DNA of 64,000 nt from Hormoscilla sp. (lineage in GTDB: Bacteria > Cyanobacteriota > Cyanobacteriia > Cyanobacteriales > Desertifilaceae): positions 60,116 to 124,115 of the forward strand of contig JBFRWI010000086.1 of the NCBI GenBank assembly GCA_051439505.1, in the 5' to 3' direction. The notes under the pieces were generated by a model. It was not told where the DNA came from. It did not search any database and saw nothing but the letters and a program-made list of their open reading frames with translations. Position numbers and translations under genes: made by a program. Below, one piece after another: positions 61,549-64,000 of the stretch (the stretch's first letter is position 1; each line of letters opens with the position of its first letter).

Positions 61549-61839
61549 ATGATGTCTACACAAACTCAAACTAAGTCAACCAGAGTTACCCTGACGCTGA
61601 GTCAGGAACACAAACAAAGGCTAGAGAAAGCTGCTGCCATGCGGTGTTTGACTCTAAGTGAGTATCTACTTCAACTTGCCTTGGATGCCGCAACAGAGGA
61701 AATTCCCGAACCAGAACCAATAGTTTTGAGCGATCGGGACTGGGAAATATTTTCCTCAGCACTGTTAAATCCGCCTGCTGCTAATGAAGCTTTGAAAGCG
61801 GCGATTAAAGAGCATCAGGAAGAATATGGGAAGTGGTAA
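61549..61839 (+). CDS. DUF1778 (TacA-like RHH) antitoxin
   Basis: KQRLEKAAA..TLSEY..LSDRDWEIFSSALLNPPAANEALK; immediately upstream of a GNAT gene. Confidence 0.88.
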   Translation: MMSTQTQTKSTRVTLTLSQEHKQRLEKAAAMRCLTLSEYLLQLALDAATEEIPEPEPIVLSDRDWEIFSSALLNPPAANEALKAAIKEHQEEYGKW

Positions 61840-61842
61840 ACT

Positions 61843-62346
61843 ATGAAATGGATTTTTATTCCTCTAGATGGCAGTGTCAACAGGGATAATTTTGACTGTG
61901 GTATTTCCGAACTGAATGAATATCTGAAACTCTACGCCAAGCAGAACCATAGGAAAGGAATAGCTACGACTTTTGTAGCTATTCCAGAAACTGGAAACCG
62001 CGAGGTCGGAGGTTATTATTCTGTCAGCATGTCTGAAATTAAACGTGAAGAATTACCCCAAGTTTATCGCAAAGGATTGCCCCGCTATCCTGTACCAGCT
62101 ATGCGGATAGGTAAATTGGCTGTAGATAGAGCGATGCAGGGTAAAGGATTGGGCAAAATATTATTGATGGAGTGCTTTCGCAAAGCTGTTCGTCTTTCCA
62201 CTGAGGTGGGGATATTTGCAATTGCCGTTGATGCTTTGAATGAAGAAGCAAAGGCATTTTATTTGAAATATGGCTTCACTCCCTTAGAAGATAATCAACT
62301 CTCACTTTTTATTCCCGTGAGAACGGTATTAACAGTTGTTGAATAG
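61843..62346 (+). CDS. GNAT acetyltransferase toxin (TacT/AtaT-like)
   Basis: FDCG..ELNEYL, PVPAMRIGKLAVD..QGKGLG, VDAL..AKAFYLKYGF. Confidence 0.9.
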   Translation: MKWIFIPLDGSVNRDNFDCGISELNEYLKLYAKQNHRKGIATTFVAIPETGNREVGGYYSVSMSEIKREELPQVYRKGLPRYPVPAMRIGKLAVDRAMQGKGLGKILLMECFRKAVRLSTEVGIFAIAVDALNEEAKAFYLKYGFTPLEDNQLSLFIPVRTVLTVVE

Positions 62347-62644
62347 ACGATCGATTCTGCTTCCGGTAAATTAAATGTAGGGTGGGCACCGCCCACCTTG
62401 CGCGATCGGCACCAATACTTCTTGGTTAACAACTTGTCATAATGACAACCTATATCCTTATCCGAGAAGTATTGAGATCGCCCTTTCATCAATATGCTTG
62501 ACAAAATTGAGTCAGTGGATGCATTTCACTTTGGCGGCGTATTCACTAGCCCAGAAACCCTGTTTTCAATAAAAAACAGGGTTTCTTAATTTATGCTTGA
62601 TATCAAATCTGGTTAAATGCCCTCACATAAAAATTGAGCGCATT

Positions 62645-62879
62645 GTAGGTTGGGTTGAGGCACGAAACCCAACGGGTGTGGTCAAAAACCGTTGGTACGG
62701 GGAGACCTCGCGTGGGAGGGTCAGAAACCGGGTTTCTATGGAAATGGCTGCTTTTTGCCTCTAAATTGATCTGCTGAAACCCGGTTTCTTGCCTGTTGGC
62801 TTATCAACTACTTGTGACCACACCCAAACCCAACAGCAGCAAGCCTTGTTGGGTTTCGCTGGCGCTCTACCCAACCTAC
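62645..62879. repeat. REP doublet GTAGGTTGGGTTGA...CCCAACCTAC interrupted by a MITE
   Basis: An uninterrupted doublet of the same family lies at 63488-63572. Confidence 0.8.
62674..62825. mobile_element. 152-bp MITE of the GGGTGTGGTCA family, opposite orientation to 27638-27763, 9-bp TSD AAACCCAAC
   Basis: TSD at 62665-62673 and 62826-62834; subterminal sequences match the first copy in reverse. Confidence 0.88.
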
Positions 62880-63116
62880 GCAGAGATGTTTTTTATTACG
62901 GTTAATCATCCGGATGTGATATGAGATGTCCCCTCGATGAATCGCCCTTTCATCAATATGCTTGACAAAATTAGAGCGATCGGGACTGTAAATATGTGAT
63001 AATAATTAACAAGCGTTAGTTATCCTGAAGAAAAATTTTGGCAAAAAATATGCTCGGTATCAAAGAATGCTAGATTAGATAATATTATCTGGGAAAGTCA
63101 GAACGGGAGGTGACAA

Positions 63117-63446
63117 TTGTATATACCTGGTAAAGATATCATAATTCCGAAACTGGAGGTAGATGGAAAGGCGATCGCGGATTTCTGCGGCAAGTGGAAA
63201 ATCACCGAATTCGCCCTATTTGGATCTATTCTCCGGGATGATTTTCGCCCAGACAGTGACGTAGACGTGCTCGTGAGTTTTTCCCAGGATGCCAAATGGA
63301 GTCTCTTCGACATAGTTAGGATGCAACGAGAACTCAAAACTTTATTTGGTCGCGAGGTAGATTTGGTGCAAAAGTCTGGTTTAAGCAATCCTTTCCGACG
63401 TTATGAAATCCTCAGCACTAAAAAGACGATCTATGCCACTCAGTAA
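63117..63446 (+). CDS. Minimal nucleotidyltransferase (MNT) antitoxin, orphan
   Basis: LFGSILRDDFRPDSDVDVLV...LFGREVDLV. Confidence 0.88.
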   Translation: MYIPGKDIIIPKLEVDGKAIADFCGKWKITEFALFGSILRDDFRPDSDVDVLVSFSQDAKWSLFDIVRMQRELKTLFGREVDLVQKSGLSNPFRRYEILSTKKTIYATQ

Positions 63447-63692
63447 CCGATAAGATAAAAATGAGATGGGCGCATCGCATGAAATTCGTAGGTTGGGTTG
63501 ACGTTAGGAAACCCAACAAGCGCAACGAAAACAGCATCTATTTGTTGGGTTTCGTGCCTCAACCCAACCTACGATATTGATATTTTTGCAAATATGCAGT
63601 GTACCCAATGCGATCGCCCTTTCATCAATATACTTGACAACATTGAGTCATAGGTGTCGATTAGTAATTGGCAGCTATGCAAAAGGTAAAGC

Positions 63693-63926
63693 ATGAACAA
63701 ATTTGTGACCCTAGAGGAAGTTCTGGAAGTCGCGCAGCAGCTTTCCCTGGCGGACAAGGTGCGCTTGATTGAGAAAATTGCTCATCAAATAGAACGGGAG
63801 TTGCAGGTAGTAGGTACTGAGTCTCAACCCCGTAAATCTCTGCGTGGGTTATGGCGAGGACTTGATATAACCGAGGCAGATATTGCTGAGGCGCAACGGC
63901 AAATGTGGGGAAATTTCCCAAGATAA
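63693..63926 (+). CDS. Small putative antitoxin (type usually paired with a PIN toxin), no partner in the remaining sequence
   Basis: LSLADKVRLIE..PRKSLRGLW..ITEADIAEAQRQMWGNFPR; resemblance recalled, not searched. Confidence 0.6.
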   Translation: MNKFVTLEEVLEVAQQLSLADKVRLIEKIAHQIERELQVVGTESQPRKSLRGLWRGLDITEADIAEAQRQMWGNFPR

Positions 63927-64000
63927 GGTCGTCCGGGAAAAACCCGATCGCCCGGTTTCGGATCGCCTAGACGCCAAAAACAGATCGCAATAGTCGGTTG

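Larger units (their letters stand above)
62476..63650 (+). repeat. Three dispersed copies of (G)ATCGCCCTTTCATCAATATRCTTGACAAMATT(GAGTCA)
   Basis: Copies at 62476-62514, 62941-62972 and 63612-63650. Confidence 0.9.

Noticed and set aside
62476..63650. 39-bp repeats as a CRISPR array or integron attC sites
   Set aside because: Spacing is 465-670 bp, the repeat is not palindromic, and no integrase or cas gene is in the window. Kept only as a cassette-like repeat.

Overview
This 64 kb window is chromosomal DNA from a cyanobacterium, probably a filamentous Oscillatoriales type: HIP1 GCGATCGC is very frequent, heptamer STRR tracts occur, and psbZ, the tocopherol genes and rimO-crhR are present. 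The backbone is housekeeping: pcrA, metK, rps1, ribH, psbZ, a tRNA nucleotidyltransferase, ABC1 kinase-pphA, anmK, ktrAB, vte4/hpt, tRNA-Gln, rimO-crhR and prfC. Five accessory signals stand out. (1) A 3996-aa protein is built from seven TPR + glycosyltransferase modules whose variable loops differ, like an assembly line. (2) A translationally coupled di-haem cytochrome c peroxidase + DAHL-type hybrid histidine kinase sits between the two tocopherol genes. (3) A transporter-less PhnD-like binding protein is coupled to two kinases with near-identical cores. (4) Several families of short palindromic repeats, one with covarying stems, are inserted in-frame into genes, and there are miniature MITEs with clear 8-9 bp target duplications. 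(5) A TA region after prfC has orphan antitoxin genes that each follow a copy of the same ~35-39 bp repeat. No CRISPR array, rRNA or transposase was seen. Product calls come from motif recognition only; no database searches were run.
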